A stretch of 49,470 nt of DNA, filler included, from Stramenopiles sp. TOSAG23-3 (GCA_900128585.1; 4 parts of 4 records of this genome joined end to end with filler, not necessarily neighbours in it); one strand, 5' to 3'; positions 1 through 11,818 are shown, numbered from the whole stretch's first letter. The notes: generated from the sequence alone by a model not told the origin. Numbers and translations: made by a program.

Positions 1-473
1 ATAAATCAATCCTTGTACGATCTTCCAAGCAGCGGCTTAATTGTTTTTGAGGTGCTCGTTGTCTGTCTTGTAAATCGGTAAAGAGGTTGTTATCTTTTAT
101 TAGGGCCGGAAAGGGTTTTAACTTGAATCTTAAAAAGTAAGAATTAGCAACTTTTTCTGTCCTGAAAAGTATGAGAGTTTCACTCAAAGTTATCTTTTAA
201 AAAGTAATCAAGAGTTTCAGTGAAGTTTAGAAATTAACAACGCACTCTCTCAGATAAGATTTAAAGATTTAAAATTAATCTCTCAAGAGAGAGATTTAAC
301 TCCTCATTTGTTTTAAAATTTATATGACAGTCTAATTTTCAAACTCTGTACAATTTTGTTTTTAAATAAAACGTTTAGTTCGGGCATGCAGAAAACAGGG
401 AAGTTGCACGGACCTGCTTCTGCGGCCCCGGGAGTGCATCATACCACGGGCGAAACCGTGAAAAAACCCAGGT

Positions 474-1031
474 TTATGTGCCCATTGGTTTTTGCGACTG
501 CAGGTTTAGGTTTTGCGTAGCCTTCAACACACTGGCATAATCATCACCAGCGGTTGCGGCGCCCCCCTCGCCGAGTTTGTCTTTTACGGCACTATTTATC
601 AGGGTATCTTTCTTCACTAAACACCCAGCATCATTGAAGGTGTACTGCGCAAGGTAATCGTTGATGATTTTTTTAACATTTGACGGAGTTGTCATCGCAA
701 GGTCCGTCTCACTTCGAAAAATTAGCTCTTGGATTTGACAGTTGTTCGTTTGATACACGGCCAAACGAACGTCAGGGAACTTTGTGTAACCGGTGACAAG
801 AGCATAAATTTTTCCAATCTTCTTTCCTGCTCTTATGATCATGTTCCAACCTTGCTGTTCTAATTTCGCGCAAATCGCCTTTTCCATGTCTAGTGCCGCC
901 CGAAGTCTGCGCCTTGGCGTTGACATCGGGACCGGTGGAGCACGGGACGCTGGCGGCCCCATGCCGGCGGGAACGCCCTGCGCCGACTCCGCCGACAGGT
1001 CTATTGAGAGCTGTGGCATAAAACCTGCCAT
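474..1031 (-). CDS. Hypothetical protein, 185 aa
   Basis: ATG-initiated ORF that coincides with a GC-richer block between AT-rich flanks; Pro-rich N-terminus followed by a globular-looking segment; no family recognised. Confidence 0.7.
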   Translation of the reverse strand: MAGFMPQLSIDLSAESAQGVPAGMGPPASRAPPVPMSTPRRRLRAALDMEKAICAKLEQQGWNMIIRAGKKIGKIYALVTGYTKFPDVRLAVYQTNNCQIQELIFRSETDLAMTTPSNVKKIINDYLAQYTFNDAGCLVKKDTLINSAVKDKLGEGGAATAGDDYASVLKATQNLNLQSQKPMGT

Positions 1032-2313
1032 ATTATCGCGACTGTACTGTGGTTATGAATATTCAAAACAAAATCAATCGGAATCCACGTGCTTCCGAAA
1101 CGAAAAAATAATCGAGTTGCCCTTCTACGTAGAAATCAAACAAACCAAAGAACATTTCAAAACGTCTATTGAATTAATTGAGTTTGGAAACATCAGCCAT
1201 CCTCAACAAAAAAACAAGAAAGATTTAATAATAATTCTTCTTCATCATATCAGGTATTAATAGTAATTATAATAATAATAATAAAATATTTTAATTAATA
1301 ATTAAAAAAAAAGAACTAATACAGTGTTGTGTCGCTGTATGGCAAGTAAATGAGAAATGAAAAATAATTAAATAAAAAAAAAAAACTTCAGGCGTTTCCT
1401 TCTCTTTGTTTATATTCATTATTAATTCGAAGAAGTAGTACTTCTACTTCAATTTAATTATAATAACTATTCATTATACAATAAAAAGATTTTTGTTGGT
1501 TGTTCGTTGTCAATCACTCAATCACTCTCTAACATGGAATTTACATCCTGCTGTAAACCTTATAGGATACTTATTATAGTTCAATAATGTAAAAATGGAA
1601 GAGAATAGAATAGACGTAAGTATAATAAATTTCAAAAATAAACTTAATTATAACTCTACTATTAGACGACGTCGACGAGGTAGGAAAAGGAGGACGATTC
1701 TCTCCTAACAAATTTCAAATTTCTCAAATTTATTCCTTTCATTATTCACCAAAGTGTACAGGTACCTGGTATAATACAGGTAATACCAGGTACAGGTACC
1801 GGTAGACGACTGAGGAACTGAGCGGAAGTCGTTCTTTTTTAAAGAAAATAATTTATAATGTACAATTATTAATAGCCATGTTATTGTATAATAGTAGCCG
1901 TTATTATTACTCTTCCGTAATAAGCTTATAATACGCACCATCAGCCTCTCCTCATCACATTCCATTTGTTGTTGTTGTTGTTGTTTGTTTGATGAAACTA
2001 TAATAATATATTAATAATAATAAAAAATATAACTTTTTTTTATCCTCCAAAAACATATTATCATTTTTAAATTGTATTGGTCGTACCGTGAAGTTGTTAG
2101 TAGTCGTCGTCTACCTTACTCCTGTATTCATTAATTTTTATGCACGCGTTATTTATGTGTAACTTGAAATAGATTTCAATCCGTGTTTATACAAAATTAC
2201 ACAATTAAAAAACAAAGAAGAAAGGCAGAAAGTGTTTAGACGGACTTTCCTTATAGAGCGCCTGGACGTTGCCAAAAACGAAGGGTAGATAGAACCTGCT
2301 GCGAACGGTGTCT

Positions 2314-5300
2314 ATGGCGGAGCCAGTAAAGCGGGCTGCCTCGGCGGAAGCACTTCACACGGCAGGATCAAAAAGTGGTGGTCCAGTTGCCCCATGTGCT
2401 TCCCAGCCGACATTTTTGACGTTAGGACAAGTAGAAGGTGAGAAAAATACTGAAGGGGATAAAATAGCAGAAATGAAGCAGCAGATACTTCGGCAGAGGG
2501 AGATGCAGAAACAGCGTTTGAAAGAAATAAATGAAAAGAAGCGGAAGGCAGACGCCGTTGCGGAGAAGATCAAACGGGACATGATCGACAAAATTAACTT
2601 CAAAGGGTTCGATCAATCGTATTACAAGGATTTGCCAATGCAGCCGGGCGTCTCTTTTTTTAAATGGCTCGTCCCGAAAGACATAAAGAATAGTTTGCAA
2701 GTGAAGAGAATGCCTGGGATTAACGCCCTCAAAATAAAACTACCGGAAACTGTCGTTTATTCCCAACGCTTTGGAGTGCCGGAGGTGTGGGTGGGCACCG
2801 CTCACTCTGATGGGTGCGTTGTGAAGCGAAAATTGGCAAAGAACTGGAGGAAGAAGTTCGTTAAAAAAGCAACATCGGGTGCAATTTGGGGGATCAATAG
2901 GAGGCCCTCTTCACCCAGGCGTCGGAAGCGGGAGGGTGCAAACCCAGACGTGGTCGGCATGTTGAAAATTGCAAACACGGTGCATCCGCAAAGTTCCGCC
3001 ACTCGAACCGTCACGGCGTACCATATCGAGAAAACACTAGGAAAACCCACGCCCGAAGCGGCCCTATGTGGCGTGCAGGGTTACGTTCGGTGTAAGGGGC
3101 CGAGGGCCGTCGTCTACCGTGTTGTGTGGAGGCAGAAAAAGAACCCTTATGCCTTTTGTATTGTGAACGCAATGGATTTCGCGACCGTAGGGTCGAAGAA
3201 AAACCACGAAAGCACCTTGACAGACGATGCGCTGGAAAAGCTTTTGACCCGGATTTATTGCGCAACGTCGGACGTCAATGGGAGGGGCAAACTTCCGAAC
3301 CTGAAAGTTTTTGAAATTACGGGCCAGGCCTTGGGGCCGATGATAGACGAACTTAGCAAAATTGTTAAATATGTCCAAAAGCAAGACACAGAGTACGGCA
3401 GGATGAAATTCTCGGAATTTGTTGGCGACTTTATCAGGTCAAAGGATGGCGACTTGGTGTTTTTGCAGTGCAAGGCGTACAAACTGGAGCCAGAATGCTA
3501 CGCAAAGGTGCGGAAGCAGCTCAAAAGCGAAGAAGACGGGACTCTTTACGGGGATTTTGCGAGCATGGAGCATGATGCAAGCCCCGAGCGGCGCGTTGGG
3601 CCCGATGTTCACCTGAAACCCCCCAAAAAAAAGTCAAAGTTTGAGGAAAGGTTGAAAGCGAATGGCAAGCAGTGCTTCTTTTGCGAGCAGAAATACCTAG
3701 AGGGTGATCGGCTCCCGTTGGCCAGGGTTGGGGGGAGCCCGAAGAAACGGCAGATTACGCACCACCGTCATAGACATCGGCATCGCCACGGCCTCGACGA
3801 CGAAAATTCTGAGGATGGGCCGAATCCTGTCACCTTGTTCCAAAGGAAGGTGGAAAACTTTGGGTATGATTTGACCGAAAGAATGATGCAAGACACGCTG
3901 CGAACGCTGCACCGCCGCGGCATCAACCCACACTGTTTTGCAGATCACATAAAGCAATCGGCAGCCCGGGCAGAAATACCAAACCCGGTGTTGGACCGCC
4001 ATGGGCCTCGTGTGAAGGTCGGGGCGGCCTCAGATTTACATAAAGTGTGCCGCCCTTGTTTTGAGATTCACAATTCGCAAAGGGTACTTGGCGCGCTGAG
4101 CCGCCAATTCTCGCTCTCCCTTGGCGTTCCCCGTAAGATGTCGAAATCGTTTTACTTGCAGTCTGACAAGGTAGAATCCCGGTTTAACCGATTGGCGGGG
4201 CCTGGTCGAAAACTGAAGCAACGCGAAGACGCGGGGGGGACGATCGCCCCGCCGGCGTACCCTTCATATGCCGACCCGGCGGGGTTGCCGCGCCCTCCAC
4301 CAAACAGCATCGACCCAAAATTTTTGGAGTGGGTCGAGGTGAAAGATGCACCAGGCCATGCGATGCAGTTTAGAATGTTTTTCTTTTTTCACGAGCTTGA
4401 AGAGGTCACTGCTTCAAAGTTACCGGCTAGTATTCACGCCGAGGCACAGTATTCTGTGGTAGAATCCGTCCACCGGATCCAGATACCCCTGAAGGAGCGG
4501 GGGAAGCATGGCTTGGCCCCCGACGTTGTGCCTATAAAGCAATTGCGGATGAACTATTTGTACGCATCGCCGAAAGATCTGCAGTCTTACCTGTACAACA
4601 CAGCATTAGAGCTAAAGTTGATTCTGACTGTTGGGGAGGGAAAGGATATGATGGCGGCGGAAGGTGTAGCCAAAATTTATTTGACGTCATTTTTGTCCAG
4701 TGGCGTTGGCCGCTTCGGCAACAGGGGGTACTCCCATAAAGCAGACATGAGAATAGTCGTTCCTACAGAACCCTTGGGGGAAGTCACATTTCGCATATCA
4801 GTGGGCATTGTAGGGGACGCCGTTGCCCTAGACGATGGTCTGCTAGACACGCGAAAAGTTCGCCTCGGAAAAATGAACGTAAAGCACAACGACACGATTT
4901 ACTGGATGCCAGAGAATTACCATGATTCCCGGGCTATGCCAGAGACATGGATGGGCGCTATAACACATGGGGTTTCTGCACTGCGGGAGACGAACCTCAA
5001 CGTTGAGAAGGAAATGTCACAAGAGGAAATAATGGCATCAAAGGTGGAAAACAGAGAGAAGCACATCATAAGTCTGTTCTTTCACTTGCTTTACGCAAAT
5101 AAAAGTGATTCTCGGGCAGAGGACGTCCGCAAAAGTGAAGAAATTCTTCGAAGTGTGGAAGCGATACTGGACCTGAGGAGCCGGAGCTCTATTAGCAGTT
5201 CGCGCTCCTTGTTCAAGGCCGTTGCAAAGCTGACGAACGAAATATCATTTGAACGAAATATGGAAGAGAAGGAGGCGGAGCAGCGGGCATACTCACTACG

Positions 5301-7998
5301 CCGAGACTCAGCCAAGGTGGCCCTGGAGCATGCCCACGCAGAAATGACATTTCGAGAAGAGTTGAAAAAGTGCTATGACGCATCGCGCGAAAGCGAAGCG
5401 AGCGATACTCGCCCTCGCCGTTCGATCAAAAATTCAAAAAAACACGCGGAGATCTCCGTCGCTTTGTCTCAGTTGATAAGTATGGTGGAATTTGTGTGCA
5501 GCACTGGAAAATATTATAGGACCGGCGCGGCCCCCGCGCTGGTCAACGACGCCGATAACGATACTTACTCGGCATCAAACGCTAACAGTCAAGCGGGCGC
5601 AGAGGACGACGACGAGGATGAGTTGTTTGATAAAACATACGGTCGAACCGTTTGTGAAGTTCAGTTGCAAAAATGGGCGAGGTTGAACCACATGCTCGAA
5701 GAAGTCGAAGCGACAGGGACGAATCTTATTACATGGGATAAAATGATGGGCATGTGGAATAGTCGCAAACGCGAGGTGGAGCAGGACATGTACGAAGAAA
5801 ACATGGCCTTGGCAAATGAGCCGCTTCCAGAGGCTGGCCCAGAGAAAGGCGGGGACTACCGATACTCTGAACATAGCACGTTTCGCCGATGGCTCCGTCT
5901 CCGTGCGGCAATGCTTATATTTGACCAAGTCTTTCACGCAGACCTCACGGGAAATGCTTTGTCAAAGAACGATCATCCGTTACAATACACCACGGTCGAT
6001 GCAATCTATAGTGTGTCCACAGAGGCTGTTGTGGATATTGGCGAGCTGCACTCTCACGTTCATGAAATTGCTAATGGGGGTGGGTCATTTGTTGGCGCGC
6101 GGGATGTTCGAGCAATTCTATTCGGTGCGACTGAAAAACACCCTACTCATTTTGGACACGTAAGTTCCAATAAACTTGAAGAGGCGTACCGAAACGTGGC
6201 TGATTTGGTAGAAACAGTGAACGCGGTCAGCAGAGCCCTTTGTGTTACGCTCCAGGAAGGACCCCTGACCCAACACCTGTACTCTGTATACAGCGATGTT
6301 GCATCAGGAAACATACTGTGGTCCGAATTCTTTTGGCTTTGTGAAAAATGTGTGAAGGACAGCGTTTTACACGTGAGGCAAACGGCAGCAGGCACGGATT
6401 GTCCAACAGAGAACACCTTTTCGACGGACAGATTAGCAGGTACCAGCGCTGGGGTGTTTGCGACCGACTCATGCTCCCGCGAGATGGAGCATTTCTTCTG
6501 CAACGGCGGGCAGGAAGCAGCGTATGAACGAAACCTACCTATTTTGCAGGGGCCTCCCCCAACTGTGGCATCCCCTCAACCGAAACTGGCTGATCAAGTC
6601 GACTCTGAAAGCTCTGTTAGCAGCACAAGTAATGGAGACGGTAGTTTGGGAAGCGATAGCGTGGAAAGCGTAGAGCTTTGCAAGGGCAGTTATCCGGCCA
6701 ATGAACCAAACAAAGAAACAGAGGGAGACGCCGCGACCGATCTGCTGGTTTTGAGCGCAACAGAAAATTCAACCAAAGGGTTCTCGTCAGACGAGGCAAC
6801 CAGTGTTCCCGAAAGTCCATCGGAAACTGGAACAAGGCACTCAGGCGGGACGGCTGCCCCTCTGCATGAACCCGTCGCCCGCAATGCCTTTGAGGCAAAA
6901 TACGACGAGAGACCACATGTCGATAGTGACCAATCGTCCCCCGAGGGCCCGTTCTCGCACTTCAAAGAACTCGGGTATAATGAAATGGAAGCGTCAGGGC
7001 AAGCGAATATAGTGCATGAGTACATGAGGGATTCTGGAGTCCCTATGGGGGAAGAGCCCCCGGTCATGGAAGTCACTATGAAAAAACGCAAACACGTGCG
7101 CCCGACGGACAATCCTTTACATGCAGTAGAGAGGGGGATTGTGATGCGCCCGAAAAGCACAGCCTTTAGACGAAAAGCCAAACAAAGAGCGAGAAAAAGG
7201 TTGAACGCATTGGAGAACGAATCAGCCGGTCGAAACAAAGTCATGGAAGAACGCCAGGAGATGCTGAAGCGCGAGTTGCGAAAATGCGATCGCAGGGCAG
7301 AGCGGCAGAGTGCCTCGGTAGAAAACCAGCTGGACGAGATGAGGAAAGCTTTGTACAATCAATTGAAGCAACAGAAGAACAAGAAAGGGGCACGAGTCTA
7401 CCCATCTTACAAGCCTGTCAATCCGGGGAAGACGAAGAGGCCCAAGTCGGCGAGAAATGTGAAACAGCGAGGACCACAACCCAAGAAAAGTGCAAGTTCG
7501 AAACGACCGAAATCGGCGCCGTCGAGACGTAAAAGAGCGCCGAAGGCCCCCTCGTTGTCGTCTACAACTGGGGGAATGGTTGTTGTTTCTTCTCGGAGAA
7601 AACTCGCACCGCGCAACAATGTCGATCATGCCCCGACAAGGGTGAAGGGTATTATCGACGAGGAGGGCTTGCGGGAATTGTCAAACGATGCAAGAGTTGC
7701 AGAGCCCATGCTGAAGAGCGCGCTGATTAAATATGGCCTGAACGGTGATATGCGAGCAGTTCAGACGTTACTGCAAGATGGCGTCGATGCCGACACGAAC
7801 ATGAGTGAAGCGCCGCATCGCACCCTGCTTCAGGAGGCGGCTAGAACGGGGCGTGTTAATCTTGTTGCGTTGCTGCTTTCGTATGGCGCGAGCGTGATAA
7901 AGAAGGACGACGACGGCTGCAACGCACTCTACTGGGCGTACGCCAATGGCCATGATCGCGTCGTGGATATACTTTTGGAAGCTCAGGCTGTCGCTTGA
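2314..7998 (+). CDS. Large multidomain protein (~1894 aa): possible N-terminal ATP-grasp-like region, two CxxC pairs, coiled coils, C-terminal ankyrin repeats
   Basis: 5.7-kb uninterrupted ORF, first ATG at 2314. The C-terminal TLLQEAARTGRVNLVALLLSYGA and ALYWAYANGHDRVVDILL are typical ankyrin repeats. The N-terminal fold assignment is only an inference. Confidence 0.85.
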   Translation: MAEPVKRAASAEALHTAGSKSGGPVAPCASQPTFLTLGQVEGEKNTEGDKIAEMKQQILRQREMQKQRLKEINEKKRKADAVAEKIKRDMIDKINFKGFDQSYYKDLPMQPGVSFFKWLVPKDIKNSLQVKRMPGINALKIKLPETVVYSQRFGVPEVWVGTAHSDGCVVKRKLAKNWRKKFVKKATSGAIWGINRRPSSPRRRKREGANPDVVGMLKIANTVHPQSSATRTVTAYHIEKTLGKPTPEAALCGVQGYVRCKGPRAVVYRVVWRQKKNPYAFCIVNAMDFATVGSKKNHESTLTDDALEKLLTRIYCATSDVNGRGKLPNLKVFEITGQALGPMIDELSKIVKYVQKQDTEYGRMKFSEFVGDFIRSKDGDLVFLQCKAYKLEPECYAKVRKQLKSEEDGTLYGDFASMEHDASPERRVGPDVHLKPPKKKSKFEERLKANGKQCFFCEQKYLEGDRLPLARVGGSPKKRQITHHRHRHRHRHGLDDENSEDGPNPVTLFQRKVENFGYDLTERMMQDTLRTLHRRGINPHCFADHIKQSAARAEIPNPVLDRHGPRVKVGAASDLHKVCRPCFEIHNSQRVLGALSRQFSLSLGVPRKMSKSFYLQSDKVESRFNRLAGPGRKLKQREDAGGTIAPPAYPSYADPAGLPRPPPNSIDPKFLEWVEVKDAPGHAMQFRMFFFFHELEEVTASKLPASIHAEAQYSVVESVHRIQIPLKERGKHGLAPDVVPIKQLRMNYLYASPKDLQSYLYNTALELKLILTVGEGKDMMAAEGVAKIYLTSFLSSGVGRFGNRGYSHKADMRIVVPTEPLGEVTFRISVGIVGDAVALDDGLLDTRKVRLGKMNVKHNDTIYWMPENYHDSRAMPETWMGAITHGVSALRETNLNVEKEMSQEEIMASKVENREKHIISLFFHLLYANKSDSRAEDVRKSEEILRSVEAILDLRSRSSISSSRSLFKAVAKLTNEISFERNMEEKEAEQRAYSLRRDSAKVALEHAHAEMTFREELKKCYDASRESEASDTRPRRSIKNSKKHAEISVALSQLISMVEFVCSTGKYYRTGAAPALVNDADNDTYSASNANSQAGAEDDDEDELFDKTYGRTVCEVQLQKWARLNHMLEEVEATGTNLITWDKMMGMWNSRKREVEQDMYEENMALANEPLPEAGPEKGGDYRYSEHSTFRRWLRLRAAMLIFDQVFHADLTGNALSKNDHPLQYTTVDAIYSVSTEAVVDIGELHSHVHEIANGGGSFVGARDVRAILFGATEKHPTHFGHVSSNKLEEAYRNVADLVETVNAVSRALCVTLQEGPLTQHLYSVYSDVASGNILWSEFFWLCEKCVKDSVLHVRQTAAGTDCPTENTFSTDRLAGTSAGVFATDSCSREMEHFFCNGGQEAAYERNLPILQGPPPTVASPQPKLADQVDSESSVSSTSNGDGSLGSDSVESVELCKGSYPANEPNKETEGDAATDLLVLSATENSTKGFSSDEATSVPESPSETGTRHSGGTAAPLHEPVARNAFEAKYDERPHVDSDQSSPEGPFSHFKELGYNEMEASGQANIVHEYMRDSGVPMGEEPPVMEVTMKKRKHVRPTDNPLHAVERGIVMRPKSTAFRRKAKQRARKRLNALENESAGRNKVMEERQEMLKRELRKCDRRAERQSASVENQLDEMRKALYNQLKQQKNKKGARVYPSYKPVNPGKTKRPKSARNVKQRGPQPKKSASSKRPKSAPSRRKRAPKAPSLSSTTGGMVVVSSRRKLAPRNNVDHAPTRVKGIIDEEGLRELSNDARVAEPMLKSALIKYGLNGDMRAVQTLLQDGVDADTNMSEAPHRTLLQEAARTGRVNLVALLLSYGASVIKKDDDGCNALYWAYANGHDRVVDILLEAQAVA

Positions 7999-8043
7999 GA
8001 AGAAAAGTGCCCTACGCGCGCACGGTAACATTTATAATTCTTT

Positions 8044-8136
8044 GAAAAACAAGAAAATCGGCTGTTATCATATGATATTTAAGTAAGGGTTAAATTAATG
8101 TACTGCGAACTGAAATCTAGATTTAGACATTCTAGG
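8044..8136 (-). mobile_element. Family-1 short interspersed insertion with 12-bp target-site duplication (TSD)
   Basis: Reverse copy of ...TCTAAATCTAGATTTCAGTTCGCAGTACATTAA...AACAGCC(A/G)ATTTTCTTGTTTT, flanked by TTATAATTCTTT at 8032-8043 and 8137-8148. Confidence 0.8.
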
Positions 8137-8196
8137 TTATAATTCTTTTAGTGTCTTAAAATCGCAAAAGTTACAAAAACTTTCCGCGTAAGTAAA

Positions 8197-8217
8197 AAAA
8201 AACCAAAATATATAGTA
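8197..8217 (-). mobile_element. Family-2 ultra-short (21 bp) insertion with 12-bp TSD
   Basis: AAAAAACCAAAATATATAGTA flanked by CGCGTAAGTAAA at 8185-8196 and 8218-8229; the same sequence begins the copy at 46564. Confidence 0.75.
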
Positions 8218-8264
8218 CGCGTAAGTAAATGTTAAGAATTAAATGTCTTCAGGTGTAACCACCT

Positions 8265-9281
8265 CTATTCGTCACTCTGCTTTGCTTCAAAAATTGGCTT
8301 AAAATACGTTTGAAACGATTCGTAGCAAGCCATGGAGATTGCGGTCGCTGGGCCATGGAATGCCATCCGTGCTCCCACCCCCTTGAACAGGGCGGGCGCC
8401 CCTTCTACTTTTACAATCTGACCCAACCCGTGGAACAAATTTCTATACGGTGCGCCCCAGGGCAACCCAGACACCCCTTTGGCACCCGAGGGTACCGCAT
8501 TACCACCACGCTGCACCTGCAGTCTTAGTTTCACGAGATCGAGTGGGTTTGTCACGAAAGAGGCGGCCATGCCGGCAAATACACTGTTGGCCATGTGCTG
8601 AAAAAATGGGAGATCGTCAACGCTGTCGACGCCACGGAGCTGCAGTGATTTCTTCTTCATCTGCTCGTAAAACACAAAGTAAAAGGCCGAAAACGGGCCA
8701 AAAGACATCAGGGTCGCGCCGTAACCTTTGTACACGCCACGAATGCCTTCTAGTTTCCATATTTGCCGGACAGCGTCGACGTTTCCCTGGTATTTGGGGC
8801 CACCTACAAACGCTCCGTTGCTTGGGCCTTGGATTTGAAGCCTCTCCTTTGCAATGTCGACTGGGACAAACAGCACGCAGCTGAATGCTTCGGCGACCAT
8901 CCCAGATACAAAGTGTGATGCAGCAGGATATTTTTCAAAAAATTCATAGCGGCTGTTCAACCCAGCTTTTGTTTTTTCGTACGCACTCAAATAAAGGCAG
9001 AGGCCGGGTGCTCCTCCCACGAAGGCCACCCCAAACCCCCGGTACAGCCCAGCCAGGCCTTCCTTTTTCACCGTGCCCTTGATCACCTGAAGAAAATTAC
9101 TATATACACAACTATTGATCGCCCCAGCCCCACACTTGTTCTTTGCCTGGACTTGCAAAATAGCTTTGCAAGTATCCAGCGGGTGACAAGTAACACGTGC
9201 GACCATGCCCGCGGACGCAGACGCAAGAAGCATAGGCCACGGTGAGCCTGGAGGCCCGGGGTCTTTTTCAGACTTTGGCAT
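8265..9281 (-). CDS. Mitochondrial carrier (SLC25) family protein
   Basis: Three repeats with the Px[DE]xx[KR] signature (PLDTCK, PVDIAK, PLDLVK) and EGxxGxY[RK]G motifs; first ATG at 9281. Confidence 0.95.
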   Translation of the reverse strand: MPKSEKDPGPPGSPWPMLLASASAGMVARVTCHPLDTCKAILQVQAKNKCGAGAINSCVYSNFLQVIKGTVKKEGLAGLYRGFGVAFVGGAPGLCLYLSAYEKTKAGLNSRYEFFEKYPAASHFVSGMVAEAFSCVLFVPVDIAKERLQIQGPSNGAFVGGPKYQGNVDAVRQIWKLEGIRGVYKGYGATLMSFGPFSAFYFVFYEQMKKKSLQLRGVDSVDDLPFFQHMANSVFAGMAASFVTNPLDLVKLRLQVQRGGNAVPSGAKGVSGLPWGAPYRNLFHGLGQIVKVEGAPALFKGVGARMAFHGPATAISMACYESFQTYFKPIFEAKQSDE

Positions 9282-10279
9282 GGCGCGCAATGCCTAGACG
9301 GTTCTGGAGCACGCAAAAATGTAGTAGACTACGTGGCGTTCGAATCGTTTCTAATCGTTGCGATATGTATGCGTTATGTTTGTAAAATCAAACCATTAAC
9401 TTTAAATAAATGTACAGTTATAAAATATATATTATAATACTATCACTTATAAAATATTGAAAAAAAAATAGGATAATAATAAATAATACATAAAATGATG
9501 ACATTGAAAAAACTAATACAACACTTGAATACAATAAGAATAAGAATATTTCTTCTTCTTTCTCTTTTTTTGTTGTTGTCAAATTCAACTCATCATCATC
9601 CATCCGTCATGACCAAATAATCAATAATAATAATATAATCTCTTCTTTCTTCTTTCTTCCTCCACCACACACGAACGAAAATAATACGAGAGGTAGACAG
9701 ACAGACGACAACAGCAATTTCTCAATAATAATTTTATATTTAATAACATAGAAATACAATACAAAAACAAGGTCATCTATTATATTTTATATTACAGGAT
9801 AAACCAAGTATTGTAAAAACCTTACTAACTACGGTAACTATTATGCAGGTAGTGTGATGGGCAATATGGTTTGGTTCGATTGAGAAAAATCCGATGAACA
9901 CATGAAGAACAACATTATTTATATAGTCTCTAAAATAATAATAGTTTGAATGGAATATTATTGTCATCTCCTTTGTTATTTAGTTATTATATTCGTAGTG
10001 TATTATTCCAATTATAACTGATGACTGATGACTGCTGATGAATGTTATTATTTTTTAAATTATTATTATTAAATATAATAATTATTAATTATTAATCAAA
10101 ATAACACAGATTATTAAAAAAGAATCATCGAAACAAGCCGCTATATACGATTTGATCCGCCGTTCTTTGTTTAGCAATTTAAAAAGAATAAGGTACTAAC
10201 GGACGAGTCTATTGATTAATGAGGTAAAAAAATTGATCATTTCACAGCACCGTATAGTTTTCTTCGCACTGGGAATACA

Positions 10280-11599
10280 ATGACACTCTCGCTTCCCCGT
10301 GTGGTCTTGCTCTTACTAGCCTCCTCGGCGCTATGCTCGTCTGCGCTGGTCAAGAAGGGCTCGTCCTCGTGGATTTCTGACAAGGCGCTGCAAGAGGCCA
10401 CCCTCGGGCGGACGTCAAAGTCGATCCCCCATTATAAGGTCAACCTGGACCTTGCCCCAGAAGATAGGTGGTTGGAAATTGCCTCGCTTCCCGCATACGC
10501 CGGCGCAGCGAGCAAAATAATCTCATACTTTAAAAGCGCTGTTCCGAAGAAACTCTTACCTCTTATATCCAAAATAGGAAAAGACGTAGAGCCTTACTTT
10601 GGCCCCGAGCTTGGAGGAGAAATGAATGGACTAGCAAGCGCGTTCAAGATTGACGTTGGCTACATTGTCGCGGTGAACTTGGTGATGCAGCTGGAATCCA
10701 TCGGAATAAATTGCAGTAGCTGGAACAACACCGGCCCCACCATCCCGGACGACCCAGGGTGCATGGACGTGGACCCGAAGCAAGACTGGTGTTACTGCCA
10801 CAAGAAAGAAAACCATGGGAAAATGTTCTCTATGAAATCATTGAAAGAGGCGTACGGGCTCGAAGATGACGGCCCAGGGATGTGCACGAGTGTCGTCGTG
10901 GAAAACGAAGATGGTACCATATACCACGGGCGTAATCTTGACTGGAACATTCCGGCGTCGCTGCGGGAGATGATCGCCGACGTAGATTACCAACGAAACA
11001 ACAAGACCGTGTTTACGGGGACCACCGTCGTCGGGTTTGTTGGCGTGTTCAATGGCATGAAGAGTGGCGTATTCAGCGCGTCCATTGACGCGAGGGGAAA
11101 AGGTGGGAAAATCTTGACCAACTTTCTCCAAGCATTGCTGCACAAAAGCAAAACTCCGTCGCAGCACTTGCGGGCAGTGCTTAGTGATCCAGGATCGGAC
11201 TCGTACGAGAATGCTGTGTCGATGCTTGCAAGCGGTCATTTGATCGATGAGAACTATTACATAGTGGGGGGCACGACGTCCGGCGAAGGATGCGTCGTAT
11301 CCCGGGGAAGGAACAAAGCAGTGGATATTTGGCGCATGAACACAACCAACCCGACCACGGGGTGGTGGAGATTGGAAACCAATTACGACCACTGGAACCC
11401 TACACCTAAAGCAGATGATCGACGCACACCAGGGAATGCCAACGTACTTAAAATGGGGAAGGGTGGGATAGGAGAGGACGGCAGTGGCTTGTTCAAAATG
11501 GTAATCACCCAGTGGCCGACCTTCAACCATCACACGGATTATACGGGCATTTACAGCGCCGATAAAGGGCTTTACAGATCGTATTCGTGGACGGACTAA
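10280..11599 (+). CDS. Acid ceramidase / N-acylethanolamine acid amidase family Ntn-hydrolase, secreted or lysosomal
   Basis: Signal peptide, VNLDLAPEDRW, autocleavage/nucleophile site M|CTSVV, HGRNLDW, LETNYDHW, DDRR. Confidence 0.93.
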   Translation: MTLSLPRVVLLLLASSALCSSALVKKGSSSWISDKALQEATLGRTSKSIPHYKVNLDLAPEDRWLEIASLPAYAGAASKIISYFKSAVPKKLLPLISKIGKDVEPYFGPELGGEMNGLASAFKIDVGYIVAVNLVMQLESIGINCSSWNNTGPTIPDDPGCMDVDPKQDWCYCHKKENHGKMFSMKSLKEAYGLEDDGPGMCTSVVVENEDGTIYHGRNLDWNIPASLREMIADVDYQRNNKTVFTGTTVVGFVGVFNGMKSGVFSASIDARGKGGKILTNFLQALLHKSKTPSQHLRAVLSDPGSDSYENAVSMLASGHLIDENYYIVGGTTSGEGCVVSRGRNKAVDIWRMNTTNPTTGWWRLETNYDHWNPTPKADDRRTPGNANVLKMGKGGIGEDGSGLFKMVITQWPTFNHHTDYTGIYSADKGLYRSYSWTD

Positions 11600-11652
11600 A
11601 CTTTGAGGAGATAATTTATTACTTTTTAATTTAAGGGTACGACGAAGCTAAA

Positions 11653-11818
11653 TTTAATTACTTAAATAACAGCCAATTTTCTTGTTTTTTGTGCTTTTAC
11701 CTCAACGAATTATTTAATCTAGGAGTTAATTTTAGCAGTCGCAAATTAGATCAGTTCTACGATTGGGATAATCTTGAGAGTCTTAAAACATACTAGATAT
11801 CATTAGTTTTTTTTTTTT
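11653..11818 (+). mobile_element. Family-1 terminal copy (11653-11690) and family-2 copy (11728-11818)
   Basis: TTTAATTACTTAAATAACAGCCAATTTTCTTGTTTT matches 46625-46660; 11728-11818 is nearly identical to 46739-46830 and ends in a T run. No clean TSD. Confidence 0.8.
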
